From Felis catus (taxonomy: Eukaryota), in contig NC_058369.1 in assembly GCF_018350175.1 (NCBI RefSeq), positions 15,440,001 through 15,500,000 on the forward strand: a stretch of DNA of 60,000 nt, read 5' to 3'. Positions 48,190-60,000 of this stretch are shown in pieces. A model generated the notes under the pieces. The model saw only the letters and a program-made list of their open reading frames with translations, searched no databases and was not told where the DNA came from. The translations under genes and the position numbers were made by a program. Within the stretch, counting starts at the first letter, position 1; the number at the start of each line of letters is the position of its first letter.

Positions 48190-48826
48190 TTCTTCCCTGT
48201 ACCTGCTGCCACTCATACTCGTGACGCTGGGACATCAGGTCTGGGGGCCCTTCCCACCCCGACCCGCTGGCCGTCCCAAGATTCCGTTCAATTCTGACAC
48301 CATCTACCTGTCGGTAATAAATCCGAGTCCCCACGGCCCCCTCCTCAGGTTTGATCATTCGCTAGCACAGCTCACAGAACTCAGGGAAGCATGCCTGCCA
48401 GTTTATTTTGTAATAACGTGCATGATAAAGGACACGGATGAACAGTGGGGTGAAGGGATACATAAGGCGGGGCCCGGGAGGGGCCCGAGCCCAGGAGCCC
48501 CTGCCCTGTGGAGTCAGCCCAGAAGCTCTCTGAACCCCGTGCTTTGGGGATTTTTATGGTAGCTTCATGTAGGCAGGATGGATCGTTAACTCGTTTCCCA
48601 GCCCCTCTCTCGTCTCTGAAGGATGGGGCTGGGGCAGAAAGTTCCGAGCTTCTTATCACGGCTCGGTCTTTCCAGTGACCAGCCCCCATCCAGGAGCCCA
48701 CCGAGAGTTGCCTGGTTAGAACAAAAGACGTTCCCGCCGCCTAAGAAACTCCAAGGCATTTGGGAGCTCTGTGTCAGGAACTGGGGTCATAGACCCAATG
48801 TTAGAAGGAACGGGGACAGAGGCCAG
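48190..48826. mobile_element. MER21-like ERVL LTR
   Basis: ttcaattctgacaccatctacctg...ctcctcaggtttgatcattcgctagcacagctcacagaactcagggaa...ccagtgaccagcccccatcc...gagctctgtgtcaggaactgggg. Confidence 0.8.
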
Positions 48827-48957
48827 TATATATATGTATATACGTGTGTGTGTGTGTGTGTGTATATATACACACACACACACACACACGTATATACATA
48901 TATATATCGTATATATATGTATATATATATGATATATACATGTATATATACATATAT
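48827..48957. repeat. Compound (TA)/(TG)/(CA) microsatellite containing a perfect palindrome
   Basis: Direct inspection; see findings. Confidence 0.96.
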
Positions 48958-49702
48958 CTGATTTCATGAGCTGGAGCCTGTCCCCAGCCCTGGGCACTTA
49001 GTGAACTCACAGTGCAGGACCGTAGGTGGGATTGGTCAGCTCAGCTATCAGAGGTGGCAGATTCTGGTTGCCCGCATCCCTGGGTGACGGCTCCCTGAGG
49101 ACTGTCACCTTGCTCACTGTCATCTTGCCGGCATCTAGCGGGAGCCTGGTTCTGAGTGAGTGACAGAGAAGTATCTGTGGGCTGAATGCTTCGGTGGCAG
49201 TGTCCCTCCAGGAGGGCAGGAGGAGCTAAGTGAGGGTCTGCATGGCAAAGGGAGGCGGCTTGGGGTGGGGGTGGGGGGGCTGTGGCTGGGGTCCCAGGCG
49301 GGAAGACAGCCTGTGCGCTTGGGGATAGGGCAGAATGAGTGGTGGGCCAGGGTGGTCAGTGGGAGCTCCGGGGCCGGGCTGGGCTTGGGGCCGCATCCCT
49401 GAGCATGTGGTTTGTTGAGGGTGAGGAAGGAGCCCTCTTTTTTTCTGAGTGTGGCAGGAACCCCCCCAGCCTCCAACGCGGCAGGGATAATGGGACCTTT
49501 GAGTTAGAACGTGGGCTCATGTCACATCTCCCAGACCGTGTGCTCTTCTGCAAGTTACAGCACTTTTCTAGAACTTGGCTTTGAGAAAGGGATGAAAACT
49601 CCCAGTGCAGGGTCTGGTAGGTACATTATTCCCTAGAATATGAAATTTACTTTTTTGCCCCTCGCGAAGGAAGACTAGATCTATTTCCTGCCCATGAAGT
49701 AC

Positions 49703-49924
49703 TTTTTTATTTTCTTTTTTTTTCCCCCCTCTCTTTCTTTTCACATTTTCTTTATTTTTGAGAGAGAGCGAGCAGGGAGAGGAACAGAGGGAGGGGGCAG
49801 AGGATCCAAAGCAGGCTCTGTGCTGACAGCAGTGAGCCCCATGTGGGGCTCCAACTCACCAACCGGGAGATCATGAGCTGAGCCGAGGTCGGTGCTCACC
49901 CAGCTGAGCCACCCAGGCGCCCCC
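49703..49924 (-). mobile_element. Can-SINE
   Basis: TSD tgaagtactttt. Confidence 0.9.
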
Positions 49925-51223
49925 GTGAAGTACTTTTCTGTGCATTTACCACAAGGCACAAGGATGAAATGCTTTCCCACCTACCTGGCTTCTTATGGGC
50001 TCTTCCTCGCTCTGTGACCGACGGCTTGGAGCATCAACGCCTTCCTTCCTTGCTTTGTGTCGGTGCTGGATGATCCGAGTGGCGGGAAAGGAGGTCAGCA
50101 GCCCGGAGGACGCGGGCTGCTGGAGTAAGAGAAAGTTCCCGGGAAGCAGAAGTCAGTAGGTCAGAGCCCTCGGGCGAAGAGGAAACCAAAGGAGAGCGTT
50201 GCCGTGCCGGCTACGGGGAGCGAGAAAGACCTGAGCCGCCGTGATAAAGTAGCAGGAAACCCCCGGGTGGCCCGTGCACCTGTTCTTGTCCACTCGATGA
50301 CGCTGTCCTCCTGCCATTGGCTTTACGAGCGGGGGTGGGAGAGGGCATCTGATCCCATTCCCCAGATCCAAACAAGATGAGCACACGTCCTCGATGGGAG
50401 GCTGGCCTCTTCCCACGTCCGCCCCGTGCACAGGTAGAAGGCCTGCCCACACCTCTGCGTCTCACCCTCCTCCGCTGTCTGCATCACTACGTTGGCTTAA
50501 GCCACGAGGTCACCGTGGTTAACGGGGAAGAAGTGATGCTGCCTCGGCCATGGTTTTGTTCCGTGTTTGTGAACAGAGTTATAGTCCCGGGGCTTTGACC
50601 CTTCCATCCGGTCCGTGGATGGTCTGCTTTGACTGTGCTTTCGCGGCTGCCTGACGCGCCAGCCTTTGTTGCTTGTCATAGCGAGCTCCGGTCAGGTCGG
50701 TCAGCGGGCTTGGGACACTTGTCTGGAAGTGGATCGCGGGATCACCGAGTAGTATAGTTAATACCATCCCGTGGCCTGATATTTGATGGGTGTTTTTTTA
50801 GAGAGCGTTTCTTCTTCAGGATCACATTTGCTGAAGATGGACGGGAAGGGCACTGGGGAGTTTGCGAGGGTGTTGGAAATATTCTGTATCTTGGCCGGGG
50901 CTTGCCTGATGTAGGTCATTTGTCAAAACTCATCGGATGGTAGACTTTCCGTTTGTGCATTTCACCGTTTGTGAATTTTCTCTTGAAAAAAAAACAAAAA
51001 ACAACTGTCAGCAAATAATGAAGTCTTCTTAATGGTTTGCAGGCTGACATGTTTGGGGCTGAGGCAGACTGCTCTCTGCACCTTACTTCGAAATGCATCA
51101 AAAATAAGAAGGGTTGTTGGGCTGACCGACGGCAGAATGATCACACCCGGAGAACTGGGGTGGCGGGCGTATGGGTGTTTCCCCCACGATTCTTTCAGCT
51201 TTTCTGCGTGATTGAAAATTTCA

Positions 51224-51434
51224 GGGGCGCCTGGGTGGCTCAGTCGGTTAAGCGTCCGACTTCAGCCCGGGTCACGATCTCGCGGTCTGTGAGTTCGAGC
51301 CCCGCGTCGGGCTCTGGGCTGACGGCTCAGAGCCTGGAGCCTGCTTCTGATTCTGTGTCTCCCTCTGTCTCTGTCCCTCCCCCGTTCATGCTCTGTCTCT
51401 CTGTCTCAAAAATAAATAAACGTTAAAAAAAAAA
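51224..51434 (+). mobile_element. Young Can-SINE within an old L1 3' end
   Basis: Near-consensus forward copy; aaaatttc on both flanks. Confidence 0.94.
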
Positions 51435-51723
51435 TTTCCATAAACAACTTCCCGCCAACAGCTACTTTTCCTGGCCGTTCCTACAAACGGCCTCGCCTGC
51501 TTCTTGAAGGCAGTGTTGGTGAAGTGAGTTGAGGGCCCTGGGCTTGGTGAGCCCTCTGTGAACCTGGTGCTTTCACAAACCACGTGTTAGCTTTGAGGTC
51601 GACACAGTTCGTCAACTTGAATCGATAGGGCTCTGAAACACAGGGCTTCCATCCTGTAGGCGGAAGGCTGGGCATTTGCAGCCTGAGAACTGCCCGGCAC
51701 CAGCATTAGGAAAGGGTGCTTGT

Positions 51724-51968
51724 GGGGCGCCTGGGTGGCGCAGTCGGTTAAGTGTCTAACTTCAGCCAGGTCACGATCTCGCGGTCTCTGAGTTGGAGCC
51801 CCGCGTCAGGCTCTAGGCTGATGGCTCAGAGCCTGGAGCCTGTTTCCGATTCTGTGTCTCCCTTTCTCTCTGCCCCTCCCCCGTTCATGCTCTGTCTCTC
51901 TCTGTCCCAAAAATAAATAAACATTGAAAAAAAAATTTAAAAAAAAAAAAAAAAGAAAAAGAAAAAAA
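51724..51968 (+). mobile_element. Young felid Can-SINE
   Basis: Perfect TSD aggaaagggtgcttg; long A tail. Confidence 0.96.
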
Positions 51969-52151
51969 AGGAAAGGGTGCTTGAGCCCCCGCCGACCGAG
52001 AACACAGGCTAGTTACCAGCTGGACTCTGGGGGAGCTCTGCGTGTGTATGTGTTCAAAATTTTAAGGTTATGCCATATATTTAAACATAGGCAGACGGCT
52101 TTGACACTAGACCTTTTCTAGCCTAGAGAGAGCACTTGCTCTTGTAAGACT

Positions 52152-52362
52152 TTTTTTAATGTTTATATTTGAGACAGAGAGAGAGAGAGAGACAGAGTGC
52201 AAGTGAGGGAGGGGCAGAGAGAGAGGGAGACAGAATCCGAAGCAGGCTCCAGGCTCTGAGCTGTCAGCACAGAGCCCGACACGGGGCTCGAACTCACAAA
52301 CCGTGAGATCATGACCAGAGGCGAAGTTGGCCGCTCAACCGACCGAGCCGCCCAGGCGCCCC
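52152..52362 (-). mobile_element. Can-SINE
   Basis: Reverse copy. Confidence 0.92.
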
Positions 52363-53296
52363 AAGCAACCCCTCTTTGTATTTTGGCATATTTACTCCCT
52401 GAATTTTTTGTTTTAATTTCATGCATCATTTACATAACTGTGATGTTTTTCATTTGACTGCAATGAAGTTCTTTGAAAAGGAAGCCCCAGCGACTCCTTT
52501 ATGCGGACTGGCCCAGAGCCTGGGCTACAGCCGCAGAGATTCTGGGTTGGTCTAGACAGAGAGACTTCCCGCTTACTCACAGAGTACGATCCTGGGACGA
52601 CTGGAACTTCTTAAAGAGCCCGTTTGACATGGAAGCAACTTTTTGCTGAACACAGTAGCGTTATTGCATCCTTATGTGTGTGCCTGGCCATTGAACGTCT
52701 GCCAAGTGGAGGGTGCTGTACCAGGTACTCTTGGCGTGTCCTCTCCCCGTAAACCTGCCAGGGGCTGCCATCATCCCACCCTACGGGTGAAACCCCAGAC
52801 GGCGGGGAGTTCAAATGATCTGCCCTAGTCACATAGTGCATGGATTGTGGGGAGCGGGCTCCATAGACAGCTTTGTCGCTGAGGCAGGACCAACTCCAGT
52901 GAACTTGGTGGTTTGCAGAGCGGCCTTTACGGCCGTCGGCCACTCCTGGGAACACGCAGGTGTTCCTAATTGAGAAGTGATGCTCCCAGAAGTTTCCAGG
53001 TTAACTCACGCCGCGTGGGAATCGAGTGGGCGGGGAGGCTAAAGGTTAGAGGCTAATTTCTGTTTCATCACGTTGCTGTCAGAGCCGGACAGGGGAGAGG
53101 GAGGGAGGCCTGGGGACTTGAAGGGGCAAAGGGTGGGTGTAGGGTGCCCGGCAGGGGAGCCTGTGAGCAAAGGCTGAGAGCTGGGACCCTGGAGGGAGCT
53201 TGTTTGGAGGGTGAGGGGCAGGGAAGGGCCATGGCCTTGCGGCCTGCCAGACGTGGGGCTGGTGGCCTGATACGTCTGCAAAAAGTGAGGCTCATC

Positions 53297-53466
53297 AGGG
53301 CACCTGGGTGGCTCAGTAGTGTCTGACTCATGATTTCAGCTCAGGTCACGATCTCACAGTTTGTAAGTTCGAGCCCCACGCCGGGCTCTGTGCCGGCAGA
53401 GCCTGCTTGGGATTCTCTGTCTCTTTCTCAAAATACATGAATATACTTAAAAAAAAAAAAAAAAAA
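53297..53466 (+). mobile_element. Can-SINE with deletions
   Basis: TSD aaaagtgaggctcatca / aaaagtgaggattgtca. Confidence 0.85.
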
Positions 53467-53905
53467 GTGAGGATTGTCAACCCTAGTTGGTTCCCATTGA
53501 GAACTGAAGGAAAGGATTTTGTTGAAATCGCCCGACCCGCATGCTTGGCAGGTTATGATCATGGTGCGGTGTTTTTGGATGCATCTGATAAACAGTGGGG
53601 GCCTTTGAAAGCTTTGGGCTGGGGCGTAGATCGGCAAAGCAGAGATTTTTCTGAATATCAGCACGCCATTATGGAGGTCGGCATGGGGCTCGGGAGTGGG
53701 GTTCTGAAGGCCAGCTCCTGGAGTTGAAAAGCGGATGGAGAGAGAGAGAGAGAGAGAGAGCACGATCTCAAGGGAGTAATCCACTCGATTTGGTGATGGT
53801 CTGGTTATGGGGAGGGACAGGCATCTCACTTTGTTCATTGGCTTTTCTATGACTCAGTTTACTCTGTCTCTCGCCCTGACTCACTGGCGTGTTCTTACTT
53901 TGCAG

Positions 53906-54007
53906 GAGCCTGTGTGAAATGCAGCAAAGGGGTGTTCGGGGCCGGCCAGGCCTGCCAGGCCATGGGGAACCTCTACCACGATGCGTGCTTCACCTGTGCG
54001 GCCTGCA
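53906..54007 (+). CDS. LIMD1: LIMD1 coding exon 2 (102 nt, phase 1-1), start of LIM domain 1
   Basis: Acceptor ttcttactttgcAG at 53904-53905, candidate branch site ctgAc near 53879, donor GCA|GTAAGT at 54007/54008. Spliced in frame to exon 1 it reads (G)ACVKCSKGVFGAGQACQAMGNLYHDACFTCAAC(S), fitting the LIM pattern C-x2-C-x18-H-x2-C-x2-C-x2-C. Too short to appear in the ORF track. Confidence 0.96.
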
Positions 54008-54867
54008 GTAAGTGTGGGGCACGTGGGGGGACAGGGACCACGGGGACCAAGAAAGGGAGGACAGGGGAGAGCATCCATCCTCGAGACACTTGACCCAGGC
54101 CTTCCACAGTGCCACAGAAAGGCAGGTCGGGGGCCTCGGGAGCCCCCAGCCCAGGGCCCATCGGAGGGAGGAGACGTGCCAACGATTGCCCGGGGCCGGC
54201 CTTGGTGAAGCGATGAGTGGGTTCCAAGCAATCTGTGATAACGTCAGGTTTGTAACGCCTATCAGAGGTCTCAGAAGGGTTGAGGGGGAAAGCGTTGGAA
54301 TCTTCCATCATCTGCCCCATTGTCCGTCACCTCCCCCACCGTGGGACCAGCCCATCGAAAGTCCGTCAGTTACTCCAGTGGGAGGCGGGGCCCTTTTATA
54401 ATTCTGGGACCCCACTCTTTGATTTGGAGGCTCCTCTGTGGGTGTGAAGTGTGAGCGTGTGCATGAATGCCCGTGTGTGCACCAAGGCGTCGGTGCCTGT
54501 GAGCGCACACGCCTAAAGGCCTCTCCACTCCGTACACGCAAATTAGGAGACCAGGCCTGTGCTCAGCCCCGCGGACTGCTCATTGGGTTGATGGCAAGCG
54601 CAGTGGAAGATTCTAGCCCATTCGGGATGTTTGCCAAGTCTGACCAGATCAGGAATTGTGCTTGTTTTATGGTCTCTACCGAAGGTTAATTTTGAGGAGG
54701 ATTTTTTAGAAAACGCCCCGCTGATGTTCTCTGGTCCTGTGCTGAGGCTAGCAGCTATCAATGACAAGGAAACAGTACGATAAAGCCAGAGCGTCTGGGA
54801 CAAAGGGGTCTTGTTATCTGGCCCAGCGGTTCTCAATCCTGGCTCTTCACTAGAATCCCCTAGGAGA

Positions 54868-55089
54868 TTTTCTTTCTTTTTCTTTTTTTTAAAGTTTATT
54901 TATTTATTTTTGAGAGAGAGAGAAAAAGTGATAGCAAGCACACAGGGGAGGGGCAGGGAGAAAGGAGAGAGAATCCCAAAAAGGCTTCGTGATGCCAGCC
55001 CAGCGCCTGATGGGGGGCTCAAACTCATGAACCATGAGATCATGACCTGACCTGAGATCAAGAGTTGGACTGAGCCACCCAGGTGCCCC
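54868..55089 (-). mobile_element. Can-SINE
   Basis: Reverse copy. Confidence 0.88.
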
Positions 55090-55107
55090 TCCCCTAGGGG
55101 CTTAAAA

Positions 55108-55329
55108 ATTTTTTTTTTTAATGTTTATTTGTTTTTGAGAGAAAGAGAGAAAGAGAATGAGCCAGGGAGGGGCAGAGAGAGGGGGAGACACAGAATCCAA
55201 AACAGGCTCCAGGCTCTGAGCTGTCAGCCCAGAGCCTGACGTGGGGCCCGAACCCATGAACTGTGAGACCATGTCCTGAGCCGAGATCAAGAATCCGACA
55301 CTTCGCCGCCTGAGGCACCCAAGCGCCCC
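55108..55329 (-). mobile_element. Can-SINE
   Basis: Reverse copy, tandem with the previous one. Confidence 0.9.
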
Positions 55330-56160
55330 TCCCCAGGGGATTTTAAAAGCCAGTGATGCACCAGTCCCATGCTGACCAGCAAAATCAGGAGCGCTGGGGG
55401 TGGAGTTTCTAGAATGGGCCAGAGTGCTCTTCCTGTCTCCTCAGGCGACTCCAGGGTGTGGTCAGGCCTGAGTGTCTGGATTAGTGCCAGCCCATCGGAG
55501 AAAGGAGGGGGAGGGATTTGCTCTTGGCTGGTTTGTGGCACCCTGAGAGCCTCCTGCTTCCCAGTCTAAAGTCAGCCAGCTGGGTACGGACCCGGCTCCC
55601 AGCCTGCCAAGCTGTGATGATGGCTAGGCCTACGCCCGGGTTCGAAACCTCATACGTGCGTCCTCACTGCGATTTCCCATAAGACGCGTGCCGGAGAGGC
55701 CACGGTTCGTGCGTTGATGAGTATTCCCCTTTGCGGGGAAAACGCGAAAGCCTTGGAGGTGAGTCGGAATTCTGCTGAGCATCCGCAGTGGAAATGTGGG
55801 CGTCGTCCGGGGATCGGTTTCCCTGGGCCCCTGGCTTTTCCTTGTCTTTGAGCCACACCGCACCGTGTAAGTTGTAGGATCCTGGTGGCGACCACGCTTC
55901 TTGTCCCCAACGATGCAGACTGTGTCTGGTGGGGGGTGCAATTGCCGGTCGCCCTGTGGAGGTTGGCTTCCCTTCTGCTGGAGCAAGTGTATTTCAGGAC
56001 TTCTGCTGGCCACGTAGCCCGAGCTCTCTGCGCTATCCCAGATGTAACGTCTTCCTGCTGCCCGCGCTAACCGATCAGTTAAATTCAATCTTTGGCCATG
56101 TGTTTGGGTCTTATCTGTACAAGAGTTGGGATCCTGCCTCTTGCTAAAAAAATTATCTTT

Positions 56161-56372
56161 GGGACGCCTGAGTGACTCAGTCGGTTGAGCATCCGACTTC
56201 GGCTCGGGTCATGGTCTCGCGGTTCATGGGTTCGAGCCCCGCGTCGGGCTCTGTGCTGACAGCTCGGAGCCTGGAGCCTGCTTCGGATTTTGTGCCTCCC
56301 TCTCTCTCTTTGCCAGTCCCCTGCTTGTGCACTCACTCACTCTCTCTCTCTCTCTCTCAAAAATAAATAAAC
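56161..56372 (+). mobile_element. Can-SINE
   Basis: Outer TSD aaaaaattatctttg at ~56147 and ~56645 encloses this and the next SINE. Confidence 0.93.
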
Positions 56373-56374
56373 AT

Positions 56375-56586
56375 GGGGCGCCTGGGTGGCGCAGTCGGTT
56401 AAGCATCCGACTTCAGCCAGGTCACGGTCTCGCGGTCCGTGAGTTCGGGCTCTGCGTCAGGCTCTGGGCTGGTGGCTCGGAGCCTGGAGCCTGTTTCCGA
56501 TTCTATGTCTCCCTCTCTCTCTGCCCCTCCCCCGTTCATGCTCTGTCTTTCTCTGTCCCAAAAATAAAATAAAAAACGTTGAAAAA

Positions 56587-56621
<35 letters not shown>

Positions 56622-56640
56622 ACAAACAAACAAACAAACA
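56375..56640 (+). mobile_element. Young felid Can-SINE with (TAAA)n(CAAA)n tail, inserted in the tail of the previous SINE
   Basis: gtggcgcagtcgg...cttcagccaggtcac diagnostic sequence. Confidence 0.94.
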
Positions 56641-57844
56641 TAAAAAAAAATTATCTTTGCCTTTTGGCTCCTACAACTGGTTCTCAATATTTGCTGTTTT
56701 CCGGGGAAAAAAGAAAATATTAAGTGGAAGCCGTCTTTCGTCTCAAGCAATGGCCATTTGAACAAAGAAAGGTTCTCGGGGGTCAGGGGTGGGCACCGAA
56801 AAGTCAGTGGGTGCCACTTGTGGCTGCCTGACCACCTGTCGGTTCCATGACGGGTTGAATTTATCGTCAAACGATGGCAGGTGCAAACACAGCTGGTTGG
56901 GGATTTTCTTGGTGTAGCCTCTAAGGCCCTTGTGGTCTGCTCTCTGGCTTAATGCTTCCCGTAATTTATCACAAACTGAACTCTTTTCTACTTCCTTCTC
57001 CCTGATCACACTGCCCCCTAGGTCTGCTCTCCCCACTCACTTCATACATGTAAGTTCTGTCCAGCCGTTAGAGCACCCAGCTCAAAGGCTGCCTCTTCCA
57101 GGAAGTCTTCCCCGTTCCCCTAGCAGGAAGAAACCGTCCTCCCCCCACCCCCCTTGAACTTGAACTTGGCATGCCCTGCTTTCTGACTGGTGCTGTCCTG
57201 TAGACTGTGAGGTCACTCTCTGTGACTTTGGAGCCGGCAGGCCAGGCCCTGGAACAGAGTCGTTGAAGAGGTGAGGACAGGACTCCTTCAGAAAGCGAGT
57301 GCCACACATTCCTGTTGGCCAAGGGCCTGCACGCTCCTGTGGTGCGTGAACAGACAGCTTCCCCCGCGCCCGCCGGGAGCGGTTGGAGACCCAGGCACGC
57401 GTCTGAGCGGCGTCTCTTGGGCACTAGAGGTGATGTGCCCTTGTGCGGTTGACTTATTGCTGCCCTGTCACTATTTTCAGCAGCAGGAGGCACCTGGGTG
57501 TCCTGGCCCTGCCGGTCCTCAGGTGCATCTCTGGGAACACCGGCCCCGCGCAGATGGCTCGGCCGGGGCCGGCCCGGTCCCCCCCCCCCCCCGTCGCTGG
57601 TAGAAGAGCACATGGGGGCCCAGAGAGGGGAAGAGAATTTCTCAAGATTGAAGACCTACCAACAGAGCTGGCACCGGAAGCCAGGGCTCCTGGATCTAAT
57701 TAGCTTTGCATATCCCACTTTCTCTGGTCGGTTAGTGTGTATGTTAGTGAGTATACAGGTGTGTGTTTTCTGTCTTCCCATTCCATTATGAAGATGATCT
57801 AGCTTGGGGTGCCTGCGTGGCTCATTTGGGTAAGCATCCCACTC

Positions 57845-58056
57845 TTTTTTTTTTTTTAATTTTGAGAGAGACAGACATTGTGAGTGGGGGAGGGGCAGAG
57901 AGCGAGAGCGAGAGAGCGAGCGAGCGAGAGAGGGAAAATGCCAAGCAGGCTCCATACGGTCAGCACAGAGCCCGACGCGGGGCTTGAACTCACGAAACCG
58001 TAAGATCATGATCTGAAACTGAGTCGGACGCTTAACTGACTGAGCCACCCAGGCAC
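57845..58056 (-). mobile_element. Can-SINE
   Basis: Reverse copy with a (GAGC)-modified body. Confidence 0.88.
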
Positions 58057-59681
58057 TCGCCCCGCCACCACCCCCCCCCCCCCCGAGAATTTCAAGGGCA
58101 GAGACCTGGGTGTGTGATTCTAGCACAGGTGTTTTTACTCGTATGTTTTCCCTTCCAGGTTTTGCCCAGAGGTATACCCGGCTTGTAGACCTGTGATCAT
58201 AGCATATAAGTCATGTTCTGTCCTTTGTGGTCGAACGTGCCGTGGACCCATCCGCGTCTCTGCAGTCTGGGTCATGATGATTTTAACAGTCGCAGAGCAA
58301 TCGGCTGCGTTGTGCCGGAGGTCTATGGCACTCAGCTCGTGTGGGGTTCGCCGGTTGTTCCGCAGAGCCCGCCCCCTGCCTGCACCCCCTTTTTCCTCTG
58401 CTGAATTGTTTCCTTGGTGTCCTGCCCAGAAGCAAGCATTCAGGGTGCGTCGTGTGGACCTTTGTGTGGTCTGCTCAAATCCCTCCTTTCTCAACTGCTC
58501 CTCCGGGGGCGGGGGGCCAGTGTGTGTGGTTGCCATGGCGATGTGGGGCGTCTCCCTTCTCCCCGCCTCGGGTCCTGCTCTCCAGTGGCTGTGCCCTCAG
58601 CGGGATGCCCCGAGAAAGCCATTGGCACAGTGTGGAGCAGGAGGAGGGTCAGCGCAGGGGGCAGGCATGGCCTTGGCCAGCGGCCACGCTGTGTCTGACG
58701 CCGGGTGTCGAGTGGCCCGAGGAGAAGCTGGCGCCCGGCTGTGGCCTGAGAGAGGTAGAATGAGGCGGAAGGAAAGGTGTGGGTCTGGACGTGTGGGTCA
58801 AGAGGGGCTCTCCAGAGTGGGGCTCTGGCACCTTCCAGAACAGACGGTGAGGGAGAAGGAAGGCAAGGCTCTGTGTCCTTGCTGCAGGCGGTTTTAGATC
58901 TAAAACGTCAGCTTTTGTTGTTCCAAGACTAGACAGCCCCCATCCTGGAGTCCAGGTGAAGCCTGTTGGCCATGTGCAAGTTCGTGGTTGCTCTGATGTT
59001 TCCTCTGTACCAGCTGGAAATGAGCGATCAGATAGGAGATTCCATGCGTGTTCTCTCCCTCCCTGAGGCCCAGAGAACACGAGGGCCCGGGCCTGGGCGT
59101 GGGATGGGGGGCAGGTCCAGGTGGACGGAAACTGTTGCCCACATAGGCCTGGGCTCAGAGAAGGACCACTGCGAGTCAACGGCGTCCACTCAGGGGACAG
59201 TGTTGGGATGTGCAAGTCACGGCCAGAACAGGTGGCTCTCAGTGCCGTACCTAGTGCTTCTACCCGGGGGGGGGGGGGGGGGGGGCGTGCACGGTGACCT
59301 ACCCATCATGCCTCGGGGAAAGCACACCGTAAAGTGAGGACCGTATGCTGTTGCCCGTCCCACCTTCCAAAAACCAAACACTGGTGGAGGTGAAAGATTG
59401 CGAGTGAATTTCATAGTGAACTCTTACCTCTTTAGACCCAGTCATGGGAGTCTGAGTTACGAAAAATCTGTATCTAGAAGTCTAAAAAAAGCTCTTCGTC
59501 ATTACTGCAGGTAAGGAAAACAGCCAGAATTAAGCCCAGCGTCGTGGAACAGGGGTTCTTGAGTAAGCCAGTGGTTGGTGATTGGTGGTCCATCATCCAG
59601 TAGGTTCTAGAATTGGGAGGGTGCTCGTCAGCTATTTAGTTTTCTTAGGAAGTTTAAATGCTGCCTCTGAGATCATGGGTA

Positions 59682-59889
59682 CTTTCTTTTTTTGATGTTT
59701 GCATATTTATTTTTGGGAGAGAGAGAGAGCCCGAGTGGCAGCGGGCAGACAGCAGAGAGGAAGACAGAGGATCCAAAACGGGCTCTGTGCTATCAGCACA
59801 GAGCCCGACGTGGGGCTCGAACTCACGCTGTGAGATCATGACCTGAGCCAAAGTCGGACGCTCAACCGACTGAGCCATCCAGGCGCCCC
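59682..59889 (-). mobile_element. Can-SINE
   Basis: Reverse copy ending caggcgcccc. Confidence 0.9.
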
Positions 59890-60000
59890 GTGTTTCCTTT
59901 TTTTGTTGACTTTGTATGCAACCTCATCCACCCAGCGTTTGAAAACGCTCACAGATTCTGAAATAGCGGAGCCAGCACTAGGGAGGTCTTGCTTTAATTC

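Larger units (their letters stand above)
23648..53905 (+). other. LIMD1: LIMD1 intron 1 (30,258 nt, GT-AG)
   Basis: GTGAGT donor and TGCAG acceptor join the two exons in frame; no intervening LIMD1 coding sequence recognised. Confidence 0.9.
54824..55475. mobile_element. MER5A-like element split by two SINEs
   Basis: cagcggttctcaatcctggct...tagaatcccctaggaga|SINEs|ttttaaaa...aaatcagg...ctcctcaggcgactcc. Confidence 0.7.
54008..60000 (+). other. LIMD1: LIMD1 intron 2 (partial, runs off the window)
   Basis: GTAAGT donor; the expected continuation of LIM1 was not found before the window end. Confidence 0.8.

Noticed and set aside
3711..59889. Regularly recurring ~200-nt repeat as a CRISPR-like or novel array
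   Set aside because: The copies are dispersed, occur in both orientations, and carry TSDs and A tails, so they are ordinary SINE retroposition in a eukaryote.

Overview
This is mammalian genomic DNA from a carnivore, very likely a felid, judged by about 45 tRNA-derived Can-SINEs that include young SINEC_Fc-type copies. It holds the 5' part of LIMD1 (Ajuba/Zyxin-family LIM scaffold) on the + strand: a CpG-island promoter (~20.9-21.9 kb), a large first coding exon (22249-23647), a 30.3 kb intron 1, and the 102-nt exon 2 (53906-54007) that begins LIM domain 1. The remaining exons lie beyond the window. The rest is GC-rich non-coding DNA with Can-SINEs, old L1/L2/MIR fragments, MLT1 and MER21 LTRs, hAT and Tigger DNA-transposon relics, and microsatellites. 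Almost all other ORFs in the track are artefacts of repeats or high GC. I found no convincing novel coding system. The most notable observations are ancient repeats rewritten toward GC into a CpG-island-like block (~10.6-11.4 kb), a perfect 80-bp spacer-less palindrome, a ~500-nt homopurine tract, a candidate uORF ahead of LIMD1, and repeated nested SINE insertions. Repeat family names come from remembered consensus sequences, and their boundaries are approximate.
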